From a bacterium (GTDB lineage: Bacteria > Babelota > Babeliae > Babelales > JAUWHS01): a stretch of 53,782 nucleotides of DNA. How positions within the stretch are numbered: position 1 is the stretch's first letter; each line of letters opens with the position of its first letter. The DNA lies in NCBI GenBank assembly GCA_043818275.1, contig JBDRFY010000078.1, positions 1 to 53,782 of the forward strand, in the 5' to 3' direction. A model generated the notes under the pieces. The model was not told the origin of the DNA. It saw nothing but the letters and a program-made list of their open reading frames with translations, and searched no databases. Shown piece after piece: positions 31,423-40,915 of this stretch. Both the position numbers and the translations under genes were made by a program.

Positions 31423-31816
31423 AGCGCTCAACGGCTTAAAGCTGTTGTATTGCGCGGAATTCTTCGAAGTACCGCAAATAGCGGTACGAAGTAGAATAGG
31501 GAGGAAAGTCCGGACTCATAGCAGGTCAGATGCCTTACAAGAATAATTTATTCAAGTAAGGGGGATGAAAATCCACGGAAAGTGCCACAGAAAATATACC
31601 GCCTAAGTTTTTATTAATTTAGGTAAGGGTGAAAACGTGTGGTAAGAGCACACGGGCAAATATAGTAATATATTTGTAGGCAAACCCCATTTGGAGCAAG
31701 ACAAAATAAGCAGATTTTAGTTGCCTGTTCTTTTTATATCTGCGGGTATGTCGCAAAGATAGATGATTGCCACTCAAATTTATTTTGAGTACAGAATCCG
31801 GCTTACAAGTATGCCC
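31386..31816 (+). ncRNA. rnpB: RNase P RNA, type A
   Basis: GAGGAAAGTCC, AGTGCCACAGAAA, AGGGTGAAA, GGCAAACCCC..GAGCAAG, ACAGAATCCGGCTTA; P1 GGCATAT/GTATGCC and P2 GGCAATC/GATTGCC. Confidence 0.97.
31418..31497 (+). repeat. two repeat modules inserted in RNase P helix P3
   Basis: 31418..31465 matches 30712..30760; 31462..31494 matches the reverse complement of 30826..30859. Confidence 0.88.
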
Positions 31817-31860
31817 TTTTAAATTTATTACTATTTAAAATTCTAATTTTTTTATAAAAT

Positions 31861-31890
31861 AAAAAGCGCTTACTTTTGGTAAGCGCTTTT
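31861..31890 (+). terminator. terminator downstream of rnpB
   Basis: AAAAGCGCTTAC-TTTTG-GTAAGCGCTTTT. Confidence 0.8.
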
Positions 31891-31905
31891 CAATTTTCCT
31901 AAAAC

Positions 31906-32631
31906 ATGGATTATATTAAAATGTTTTCAAATAAATCTGGCATTATTTTAATCATATTACCATTTTTTAGTTTCATCCTCGGCTATCTGGCATTGCACCT
32001 ATTTTTTCAAAAGCAAGAAATAATGGTCCCAAATGTTATTGGAAAAGATTTGCAGGAATGTATTAAAATAATTTCAGATAAAAGTTTAAGTTTAAAATTA
32101 TTGCGCACACAACAAGACAATGACCTTCCTGAAGGAATAGTTTTACAACAAATTCCTGGAGCTAATCAAAAAATAAGACCAAATCAAAATGTTTTCATAA
32201 CAATATCTAAAAAACCGAAACCTGCAATCGCACCAAATTTTATTGGGCTGAATCAAAAAGAAATAATCAAAAATTCAAAAAAAGCTGCCATTTTAAATAA
32301 ATCTTTCTGGTTTAAATCAATTTATCCGGTTAACACATGCATCAGTCAATACCCAGAAGAAGGACAACCATTAAAAAATCAAAAATTAATTACTTATTTT
32401 TCTGCCGGAAGCAATAATTTATTCATTGTTCCAAATTTAAAAGACGCAACATTAAATGACGTAAAAGAAAATTTAAATAATGAAAATATTTCACTGGAAA
32501 TTTCTCACATTAAACAAAATGGTGATAAATTTGATGACAAAAATTGCATCATTATTGATCAAAAACCAATGGCCGGTTCAATTGTTGATATGAATAAACC
32601 TTTGCGAATTCAGTTACAGGTAACTCCTTAA
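31906..32631 (+). CDS. membrane-anchored PASTA-domain protein (three PASTA, no kinase)
   Basis: N-terminal TM; VPNVIGK..QQIP, APNFIG..SQYP, VPNL..DQKP. Confidence 0.88.
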   Translation: MDYIKMFSNKSGIILIILPFFSFILGYLALHLFFQKQEIMVPNVIGKDLQECIKIISDKSLSLKLLRTQQDNDLPEGIVLQQIPGANQKIRPNQNVFITISKKPKPAIAPNFIGLNQKEIIKNSKKAAILNKSFWFKSIYPVNTCISQYPEEGQPLKNQKLITYFSAGSNNLFIVPNLKDATLNDVKENLNNENISLEISHIKQNGDKFDDKNCIIIDQKPMAGSIVDMNKPLRIQLQVTP

Positions 32632-33149
32632 TTTGAAAGAATTTCGGGTCGAATTTTTTCTTCTAATATTATTTCTTCTAATACTTTCGCAACTTTTAAA
32701 AATTTTTTCTGAATCGATTCTGCCAGTAAATGAATACGAAATTCCCAACCTTTTTTAAAAATAGCTTTTAATGCGGTCTGTCCATTTCCTGCATTGCAAA
32801 TTAAAACAAATTTTATTTCCTCAACAGAATTTAACTGATTTAAAAAAAAGGAAATAAAATAATAATTTCCTGTATTTATAACTTTGTGGATCAAAGGTAA
32901 ACCTGGTTCATAATCTTCAATGTAATAAACAATCTTAAATTCGTTTTGAATTAAAGAAAGTAATTCTCCCACAAGAGAAATATCTTGGTTATTTATAGCA
33001 TTTTTCAAATCATTAAAAATTTGAGTATTAATTTGTAGTCTTTGAACATTCCATCCATTAAAAACAAGGTGACTTTCTTTTTTTAAAAAATTACCAAACA
33101 AGTAAGAATTTAAAACAATAAGAAATAAAATTAAGGCTAAACTTTTCAT
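32628..33149 (-). CDS. secreted hypothetical protein with degenerate ankyrin repeats
   Basis: Signal peptide; GLPLIHKVINTGN and GQTAL. Confidence 0.6.
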   Translation of the reverse strand: MKSLALILFLIVLNSYLFGNFLKKESHLVFNGWNVQRLQINTQIFNDLKNAINNQDISLVGELLSLIQNEFKIVYYIEDYEPGLPLIHKVINTGNYYFISFFLNQLNSVEEIKFVLICNAGNGQTALKAIFKKGWEFRIHLLAESIQKKFLKVAKVLEEIILEEKIRPEILSN

Positions 33150-33261
33150 AATCCCCTCCCCCTTTTAGAAGGAAAAAATACACAAACCCATATGCCTTAG
33201 CACGATGAATTTAAATTAGGCTAAGAAAATTATGAATAAAAAGTAAAGACTTTAAAGGTTC

Positions 33262-34518
33262 CTAATTTTTCTTGTATCTAAAAAGAGCAATTAAAATTCC
33301 GCCCAAAAAAATAGATAAATAAGAAAATGAAATTCCAAAAAGATAAAGTTTTTTGAGACAAAGCCACAAAACATAACTACTACTCAAAATTGCCAAAATT
33401 GGAATAATTCTAAAAACAGCTTTCTTTTTTGAATAAGCAAATAAAGCGGCGGTAGAACTAAATAAATAACAGCTGACAACTCCAAAAACAGCCATGCTTT
33501 GCAAAGGTATTTGTTGTTTGGTGATAATTAAAAGAATAATCGCTATTAAACCTTCAAAAAGTAACCCTGCCCATGCTGAACCGTTATCATTAACCTTTAT
33601 AAAAAAGTTTTTAAAAGGAATAAAATTATCTTCTGCAAATTTATAAACATTCCAGCTATTTGTGGTCAAAGAACTAAAAGCGCCTCCTAAAATTGATCCC
33701 ATAACCAAAGCGCTAATTATTCTTGCAACCAAAGGATAATCAGAAAAAATTTTTAATCCAAAATCTTTTAGCGGCTCAACTGAATATGCCAGACTTGGCC
33801 CAACAACTGAATACATTATTAATTGAAATGAAATAGCAAACAAAACGGCTAAACCAAAAGAAATCAATATCGCTTTTTTTATATTTTTTTGCGGATTTTC
33901 AATCATGTGTCCAATTGAACAAATAACCTCAAAACTGGTTAATGCAAATATTGCGATAGGAATAGAAGAAGAAATTAATGTAAATATATTTTCAGTTGGC
34001 GTTTCTGGTAATGCCACAAAAAAAATTCCTGAAAAAATAACAACTAAAATTGGAATAAATTTTGATGCCGCAAACAGATATTGAATTCTGCCGCCAATTT
34101 TTGCGCCCAAAATATTAAGCCCGATCAATGAAAATATCATTAAAAAATCTAAAAAGAGTAATGAAAAATTTTGTAAAAATAAAATTCTTCTTTGTAAAAA
34201 CATCACAACAACATTGCAAAGCAATGCGGCAGCGGTCGCTTTTCCTACGAAATATCCCCATCCACTTATAAAACCAGTCATAGGACTTATATATTTTCTC
34301 GAATAAACATAAAGCCCTCCTGAAGTTGGATAAAGTTGTGCGAGTTCCGCAACACTCAATACTATTGGCATAAGAATTAACATTGAAAAAAAATAACTTA
34401 AAAAACCGAATGATTGCGCGATATTTGTGAGCGGTCCTGGATTAATAAAGATTCCAGCGCCTAAAATTGTATTTAAATTTATTAAAATTGCCGCAAATAA
34501 AGTAATCTTATTTTTCAT
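33262..34518 (-). CDS. APC-family amino acid permease
   Basis: ILGAGIF, AELA..YPTSGGLYVY, FE..IENPQKN; about 12 TM segments. Confidence 0.92.
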   Translation of the reverse strand: MKNKITLFAAILINLNTILGAGIFINPGPLTNIAQSFGFLSYFFSMLILMPIVLSVAELAQLYPTSGGLYVYSRKYISPMTGFISGWGYFVGKATAAALLCNVVVMFLQRRILFLQNFSLLFLDFLMIFSLIGLNILGAKIGGRIQYLFAASKFIPILVVIFSGIFFVALPETPTENIFTLISSSIPIAIFALTSFEVICSIGHMIENPQKNIKKAILISFGLAVLFAISFQLIMYSVVGPSLAYSVEPLKDFGLKIFSDYPLVARIISALVMGSILGGAFSSLTTNSWNVYKFAEDNFIPFKNFFIKVNDNGSAWAGLLFEGLIAIILLIITKQQIPLQSMAVFGVVSCYLFSSTAALFAYSKKKAVFRIIPILAILSSSYVLWLCLKKLYLFGISFSYLSIFLGGILIALFRYKKN

Positions 34519-34600
34519 TTTTAAAACCTTTTTGTATAATACCCGTAATTTTCAAGTTTAACGGTAATTTTATTTTTCTCAAAAATAAACGGTTTTAATT

Positions 34601-35335
34601 ATGAATAAAAAGATTTTTATCTGCTTTTTACTGATTTTTCTTACAATAATAAATATTAATTGTTTTAAAATTGAAGAAGAGTCTGATCCTGAAAAAACAA
34701 TCGAAGTATTTGAAATAACACTTAAAAACGATAGTTTAGATAACCTAGCGATTTTGTTTGATCTTTTAAATAAAAAACATATTAAAGATCTTTTACAACA
34801 CAAATTATCTTTTGTCCAAGAAGCTCAATGGACCTGCCTACACTATACAATTATTCACAATTTAACTTCCTTGGCTAAATTTATCATTCAAAAAATGAAA
34901 TTTTTTAATTTAGATCTTAACGTTCGGGATAGCAACAATAACACAGCACTTCATTTTGCCGCAATGCGCGGAAATATAGAAATTGCCAAACTTTTAATCA
35001 GAAATGGCGCAAAGGTTGAAATACAAAATCTGCAAGATGAAACCGCGCTAGATAAAGCAACGCAATGCAAACAAACAGATATGATTAAATTTTTATCGGA
35101 TAAAAAAGATTCCGATGAGATTGATTTTTTTAATATTAGTGATTCAAAATCAGAAAGCTCTTCTGACGAATCTATTTGTATTTCTGATTTAAGTGATAGT
35201 GAGGAAAGCGAAGAAGAAAAAGATTATGTAGATGAAGAGGAGAGGGAGAAATCTGTAAAAGGACTTCTTGGCCTGAAAAAATCTAGGGGTTTAACCCCCA
35301 AAGAATTTGCAAAATTTGCCAAAAAATTTAAATAA
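34601..35335 (+). CDS. secreted ankyrin protein with acidic Ser-rich tail
   Basis: WTCLHY, NTALHFAA, ETALDKA; SDSEESEEE tract and Lys-rich end. Confidence 0.88.
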   Translation: MNKKIFICFLLIFLTIININCFKIEEESDPEKTIEVFEITLKNDSLDNLAILFDLLNKKHIKDLLQHKLSFVQEAQWTCLHYTIIHNLTSLAKFIIQKMKFFNLDLNVRDSNNNTALHFAAMRGNIEIAKLLIRNGAKVEIQNLQDETALDKATQCKQTDMIKFLSDKKDSDEIDFFNISDSKSESSSDESICISDLSDSEESEEEKDYVDEEEREKSVKGLLGLKKSRGLTPKEFAKFAKKFK

Positions 35336-35341
35336 AAATTT

Positions 35342-37195
35342 TTAAGTTATTTTTTCCACAGATTTTGACTGAAAAATTAAAATAGAAATAGCGGCGGGCG
35401 TAATTCCGGGAATTAACTGGGCCTGCGCAATATTTTCCGGTTTGTAAAATTTCAATTTTTCCTGCATCTCACGTGTAAGCCCTGGCATTTTATCAAATTT
35501 AATTTCAGATGATATTTTTAAATCCTTGTACCTAAGCAATTTTTCTGCTTCCCGTTCTTCTTTTTGCAAATATCCGGCATACCGAATTTGCGCGTGAATT
35601 GAAAGCAACGTTCTACCTGAAAAAATATTTAAATCCAAATTTTGGCCTTTTAATTCTTCAAATAAAACTTCCTGTGCTTCTTTTTTTACTTCTTCTGTAA
35701 ATTCAACAGCATTAAATAATTTATAAATTTTATCTGATGTTTCCTGTTTTTTTACAAAATCAACGCTTTTTTCAATTATTTTTTTTTCAGCTAAAAATTT
35801 CTCATAAATTTCATCCGAAATTGTCCCAAATTTTTTTCCATAAAACATTAAGCGTAAAAAAGCATTATCCTGACGCAACAGCAATCTGCGTTCTGCCCGG
35901 GAAGTAAACATGCGATAAGGTTCGTCAACACCCAAAGTAATTAAATCGTCAATCATAACCCCAATGTATGCTTCGCTACGTTGCAAAATAAATGGATCTT
36001 TTTTATTAATTTTTAAGTGCGCGTTAATTCCAGCCATCAAACCTAAAGCCGCAGCTTCTTCATAACCGGTTGTTCCATGAATTTGTCCCGCAAAAAATAA
36101 CCCGTCTACATTTTTTGTTTCTAAATTGTGTTTTAAATGTTTTGGTTGAATAAAATCGTATTCGATCGCATAACCCGGTTTTACAATTTTTGCATTTTCA
36201 AGGCCCGGAATTGTATGAACATATTTTTCCTGAATATCTAATGGTAATGAAGTAGAAATTCCTGCAGGATAAATTTCATCACTATCCAAACCCTCAGGTT
36301 CAATAAAAACATGATGCGCTTTTCTGTCCGGAAATTTTTTGATTTTATCTTCTATTGAAGGGCAATAACGGGGGCCAATTCCGCTAATCATTCCACCGTA
36401 AAGAGCAGACTTTTTTAAATTATCTGAAATGATCTGACATGTCTGATCATTGGTCTGAGTTACAAAACATGGAACAGTTTCTTTTGTTTTTACTGGTTCA
36501 AATTCATATAAAAAATCAAGCTGTGTCGCTTCCTGTTTTTCAAATTTTGAATAATCAACACTGCTTTTTAACAACCGTGGAGGAGTTCCAGTCTTTAACC
36601 GCTGCATTTTAACTTCAAGCAAATTTTCGAGACTTTGAGTCAAACCCTCAACAGCTTGCTCTCCAGCCCTTCCTGCTTTAAAATTTTTATCTCCGATATG
36701 AATTACACCGTTTAAAAAAGTTCCGGAAGTTATAATTACAGCTTCAGATAAAAAGATTTCTCCATTTTGCGTTTTAACTCCAGTTACAAATTTTTTGCCA
36801 TTTTGTTGATCAGATAAAACTTCAACAACGCAATCTTGTTTTAATGTTAAATTTTTTGTTTCCAGAATCATTTTTCTGGCTAATTTACTGTACGCAAACT
36901 TATCGATTTGAACTCTTAATCCTTGAACTGCAGGACCTTTACTCGTGTTTAACATTCGGGCCTGAAGATAAGTTTTTGTTACTAATTTGGGCATAAGACC
37001 ACCCAAGGCACTTACTTCAAAAACCAGATGCCCTTTTCCCAATCCGCCAATTGACGGATTACATGGCATAACAGCAATTTTATTTTCGTCTGTTGTCAGA
37101 AGAAGAACCTTGGAACCCATTTTTGCAGCAATATGCGCTGCCTCAATCCCGGCATGCCCCCCACCAACAACAATCACATCGAATTGTTTGTTCAT
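35342..37195 (-). CDS. mnmG: tRNA cmnm5U34 enzyme MnmG
   Basis: GGGHAGIEAA, CNPSIGG, KTGTPPRL, GPRYCPSIEDK, GTTGYEEA. Confidence 0.98.
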   Translation of the reverse strand: MNKQFDVIVVGGGHAGIEAAHIAAKMGSKVLLLTTDENKIAVMPCNPSIGGLGKGHLVFEVSALGGLMPKLVTKTYLQARMLNTSKGPAVQGLRVQIDKFAYSKLARKMILETKNLTLKQDCVVEVLSDQQNGKKFVTGVKTQNGEIFLSEAVIITSGTFLNGVIHIGDKNFKAGRAGEQAVEGLTQSLENLLEVKMQRLKTGTPPRLLKSSVDYSKFEKQEATQLDFLYEFEPVKTKETVPCFVTQTNDQTCQIISDNLKKSALYGGMISGIGPRYCPSIEDKIKKFPDRKAHHVFIEPEGLDSDEIYPAGISTSLPLDIQEKYVHTIPGLENAKIVKPGYAIEYDFIQPKHLKHNLETKNVDGLFFAGQIHGTTGYEEAAALGLMAGINAHLKINKKDPFILQRSEAYIGVMIDDLITLGVDEPYRMFTSRAERRLLLRQDNAFLRLMFYGKKFGTISDEIYEKFLAEKKIIEKSVDFVKKQETSDKIYKLFNAVEFTEEVKKEAQEVLFEELKGQNLDLNIFSGRTLLSIHAQIRYAGYLQKEEREAEKLLRYKDLKISSEIKFDKMPGLTREMQEKLKFYKPENIAQAQLIPGITPAAISILIFQSKSVEKIT

Positions 37196-37324
37196 TTATT
37201 AATCTATATTTAAATTAAAACCTGAGTTATTCGCAAAAGAATAATATTAATATATCTTACTTGTTTATACAAACGCTTTTTCAAGTATTTTTTCAAGAAG
37301 TAAATTTTTTGCAGGAGTTTTTGA

Positions 37325-38389
37325 ATGATTTTTCATTTAACACAATTTTTACAAGACTACTTATCCATTTTTAATCTTTTTAAATATGTTAGCGTCAGAG
37401 TTATAGCAGCATTGCTCTCCTCCCTTTTTCTTTCATTTTTATTTGGTGACTGGTTTATTAAAACATCAAGAAAAAATTTCAGATCCAAAATCAGAGAATT
37501 TGTCCCGGGAACACACCTTAAAAAAAATAACACCCCAACCATGGGCGGGCTTTTAATCATAATGATTTTTTTAATAAATATGCTTTTATGGTGTAATTTA
37601 AAAAAGGCAAATGTCTGGATTTTTGCTTTATGCCTGATAAGTTTTGGTTTAATCGGATTTTTGGATGACTACAAAAAAATTAAATTTCATAAAGGTATTA
37701 GTGCCAGACTAAAATTCAATTTACAAATTTTTTCTTCCTTAATAATTGTAAGTCTATGGTATTTTTTATCCAACCCTCCAACAAATTTATGTATACCTTT
37801 TTTAAAAAATTTCAGCCCACATTTAGGCTGGCTCTTAATTCCATGGGGCGCATTTGTGATAATTGCGACAAGTAACGCTGTAAATTTAACTGATGGACTT
37901 GATGGCCTTGCAACAGGACCTTTAATTTTTAATTACTCAACATTTTCTGTAATCGCATATCTTGCCGGGCATAAATATTTTGCAGGATATTTATTTATAC
38001 CATTTACAAACACAGCAGAATTAACAATTTTAGGCGCAACATTGGTCGGTTCTTTACTTGGTTTTTTATGGTATAACGCCTATCCAGCCCAAATTTTTAT
38101 GGGCGACGTTGGAGCTCTTGCTCTTGGCGCAGGACTTGCTTTAATGTCTTTAATGGTACGTCAGGAATTACTTTTAATTATTGCCGGTGGAATTTTTGTT
38201 ATTGAAACTTTATCAGTAATTGTTCAGGTTTTTTCATTTAAAATGTTCGGCAAACGGGTATTTAAAATGGCCCCGATTCACCATCATTTTGAACTTTTAG
38301 GATGGAATGAAGTCAAAATTACTGTGAGATTTTGGATCATATCTATTGTTTTAGCTTTAATTACTCTTTTGACATTAAAAATTAGATAG
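37325..38389 (+). CDS. mraY: phospho-N-acetylmuramoyl-pentapeptide transferase
   Basis: TPTMGG, GFLDD, NAVNLTDGLDGL, FMGDVG, MAPIHHHFE. Confidence 0.97.
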   Translation: MIFHLTQFLQDYLSIFNLFKYVSVRVIAALLSSLFLSFLFGDWFIKTSRKNFRSKIREFVPGTHLKKNNTPTMGGLLIIMIFLINMLLWCNLKKANVWIFALCLISFGLIGFLDDYKKIKFHKGISARLKFNLQIFSSLIIVSLWYFLSNPPTNLCIPFLKNFSPHLGWLLIPWGAFVIIATSNAVNLTDGLDGLATGPLIFNYSTFSVIAYLAGHKYFAGYLFIPFTNTAELTILGATLVGSLLGFLWYNAYPAQIFMGDVGALALGAGLALMSLMVRQELLLIIAGGIFVIETLSVIVQVFSFKMFGKRVFKMAPIHHHFELLGWNEVKITVRFWIISIVLALITLLTLKIR

Positions 38390-38398
38390 AAATAATAA

Positions 38399-40762
38399 TC
38401 ATTTATTTATAAAACATTTATATAACATCAATTCATCATCATTTAATTCGTTATATGCTATCCATTTATCTGATTTTTTTTCATATGATATATAAAAACT
38501 ATTTTTATAATCTACATCTTTATCTGTACTAAAAAAACCCTCACATTTATTATCTGGACCGCGATTAATCACAACATTATATAAAACCGTTGGTAGCTCT
38601 ATTTTTTTATCAGTATCATTTTCTTTAACCTGAATAAAAAAATTACCCTTGGTTTTAAACTCTTTAATTAAAAAAGTATTTTCCAATGTACTATCACAAA
38701 AAAGATCTGACCTCGTAAGTTTTTTTATTATTAAAGTAAAATCGTTTTCCTTGTTTTTTTTAAAAGACTCCACATAAATTTGCTCAAAAATATTTTCCAG
38801 CTTGTTTGAAATAATTAATGGTATTTTATTTCTAATTCTAATCGCCTTATCTATCGAAGAAGAATCAACTTCCAGCAATCGCTTATCCCTTACATCAATA
38901 AATTCTTTATTATTTGGAGATCTTAAAATCATATCATCATCAATAAGCATTGCTTCATTATTAATTGGAAGAAGTTTAAATGATGAATAACCAGGCAATT
39001 TAATGTGTGGAAAATTTGAGATATTTGGATTAAAAGTAACAATAAACGGATACACTTTATTTGCCAAATATTTATAGTAATCACTGTTTTGGGAAAAACG
39101 AGAATCTGCTTCAGATAACATATTAAAAAATGCATTCCAATTATTAATTCTTACACCACTCCGACTAGATGTAGAAATTTCTGTTGTTGCAGATGAAACA
39201 ATTATCATATCAGATATATCTTCGGTTATCTCAAAATTTCTCCCACCAAAATAACACGAACTTATATAAACAAGCCGTGTATCTTTATTTTCAAAAATTG
39301 TTAAAAGATTGTTAGCATCCTGATTAAATAAATCACCGACTGAAGGATTATTTTTAACCCAACCATGCCCACCCCAATATACAAATCTTTTTGCGGGTAA
39401 AAATAAAGACTCGATTATTCCAGGAATAAAAAAGCTAAAATCTTCTCTCCGTAGCTCTTTATCTTTATCTTTTTTATTTAAAACATATGTTTCATCGACG
39501 TAATTGCACATAATTTTTGAAACTGAAAAATTTAAAGCCGTAAAAATTGTCTCTATTGAATCATTCGAATTAAAGTTTTCAGCAACTATATGTTTAGGAA
39601 CAATAATATAGCCATCTACACCATCTCTTGAAAACTCTATAATATGCCAATCATTTAATGAGCAAGATAATCTTAATGCATTTTTTAATAAATGTTTTCC
39701 AAAAATAATTATTGGACACGTTTTTTGCTTAATCAAATTATATAAATCACTTGAGAATACTGTATTAACAGATTCAAGTGGATGTTTATCATTTTTAATT
39801 TTTTCCACACTCCAATCAACAAATAAAACAATATTATTTAAGGAGTTCGTTTTAATATTTTTGACGAAATTAACATTATTTTTACCTGCATTTTTCAAAA
39901 GTAAATTCATAATATTTTTGTGTCCAAATTGGATAGCCAAATCCAACGGAGTTGAACAACTCTTACAAAAATCAAGTTTTTTTGAACTTTCTGGATTAAT
40001 CAAACATTTTTTTTGGATTAAATAATTTACTAAATCATAATTTCCATAAAGAACGGCATAATGTAATGGAGTTAAATCAAAACAATCATTTGCATTTATA
40101 TCAAATTTACAATTTTCAACAAAATATCTAAATAATTCATTATGACTATAAATAGCTGCATAATGCAAAGGCAAATGACCATTTATATACCAATTAATAC
40201 AATCTGGATTTTTCTTAATACACAAATCAATAATTTTTTTATTTTCCATTTTAAGAGCGGCGTAAAGAATACCTCTAGTTGCTGCTCTATCTAAAAAGGG
40301 ATCTTTTTTACAACAATCCAAAAGAATTTCAAAAGCATTGATGTCATTACAATACAACGCCTCCTTTAAATCATAATTCGATGGATCATTGTTTTGTAAT
40401 ATTTTTTTTAAAATATCCTTCTTTCTATATGCAGCAGCCAAAAGAATTGAACTTACATAAATATCATTTTGTAATTTAGAATCAGCTCCATATTCAACAA
40501 GCAAAGAAATAAGATCATCTTTTGATTTTTTAATAGCCAAATGTAAAACAGTATCACCATTTAAATTTTTTTCATTAACATCATAACCAGATTTCAGCAA
40601 ATCTATGACGGCTACCTTATCTCCTTTTTTAACAGCTTCATGTAATGGAAATTCATTTTCATTATTTTGGAAACATGTATTTGTATCATAAGATAAATGA
40701 TTTAAGGAATATGCGTTCATATTCAAAATTAATAACAACATAAGAAAAAATAGTTTTTTCAT
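38399..40762 (-). CDS. secreted ankyrin-repeat protein with candidate C-terminal cysteine-protease domain
   Basis: Signal peptide from MKKLFF, several ankyrin repeats, then VYWGGHG and VYISSC motifs. Confidence 0.85.
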   Translation of the reverse strand: MKKLFFLMLLLILNMNAYSLNHLSYDTNTCFQNNENEFPLHEAVKKGDKVAVIDLLKSGYDVNEKNLNGDTVLHLAIKKSKDDLISLLVEYGADSKLQNDIYVSSILLAAAYRKKDILKKILQNNDPSNYDLKEALYCNDINAFEILLDCCKKDPFLDRAATRGILYAALKMENKKIIDLCIKKNPDCINWYINGHLPLHYAAIYSHNELFRYFVENCKFDINANDCFDLTPLHYAVLYGNYDLVNYLIQKKCLINPESSKKLDFCKSCSTPLDLAIQFGHKNIMNLLLKNAGKNNVNFVKNIKTNSLNNIVLFVDWSVEKIKNDKHPLESVNTVFSSDLYNLIKQKTCPIIIFGKHLLKNALRLSCSLNDWHIIEFSRDGVDGYIIVPKHIVAENFNSNDSIETIFTALNFSVSKIMCNYVDETYVLNKKDKDKELRREDFSFFIPGIIESLFLPAKRFVYWGGHGWVKNNPSVGDLFNQDANNLLTIFENKDTRLVYISSCYFGGRNFEITEDISDMIIVSSATTEISTSSRSGVRINNWNAFFNMLSEADSRFSQNSDYYKYLANKVYPFIVTFNPNISNFPHIKLPGYSSFKLLPINNEAMLIDDDMILRSPNNKEFIDVRDKRLLEVDSSSIDKAIRIRNKIPLIISNKLENIFEQIYVESFKKNKENDFTLIIKKLTRSDLFCDSTLENTFLIKEFKTKGNFFIQVKENDTDKKIELPTVLYNVVINRGPDNKCEGFFSTDKDVDYKNSFYISYEKKSDKWIAYNELNDDELMLYKCFINK

Positions 40763-40869
40763 AAAAAAATCTTTCGTAAAAGAAATTGCAATCAAACAAT
40801 ATGATCATAAAAAGCATTATTTAAAATTACCCCTCACAAAAAGTCAATATATCAAAACGTATAAATAAA

Positions 40870-40895
40870 AAAAGCCCAGTTAAAACTGGGCTTTT
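40870..40895 (-). terminator. terminator after HtrA-like gene
   Basis: AAAAGCCCAGT-TAAA-ACTGGGCTTTT with a T tail on the minus strand. Confidence 0.8.
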
Positions 40896-40915
40896 CAAAT
40901 TAGAGAAAAACTAAT

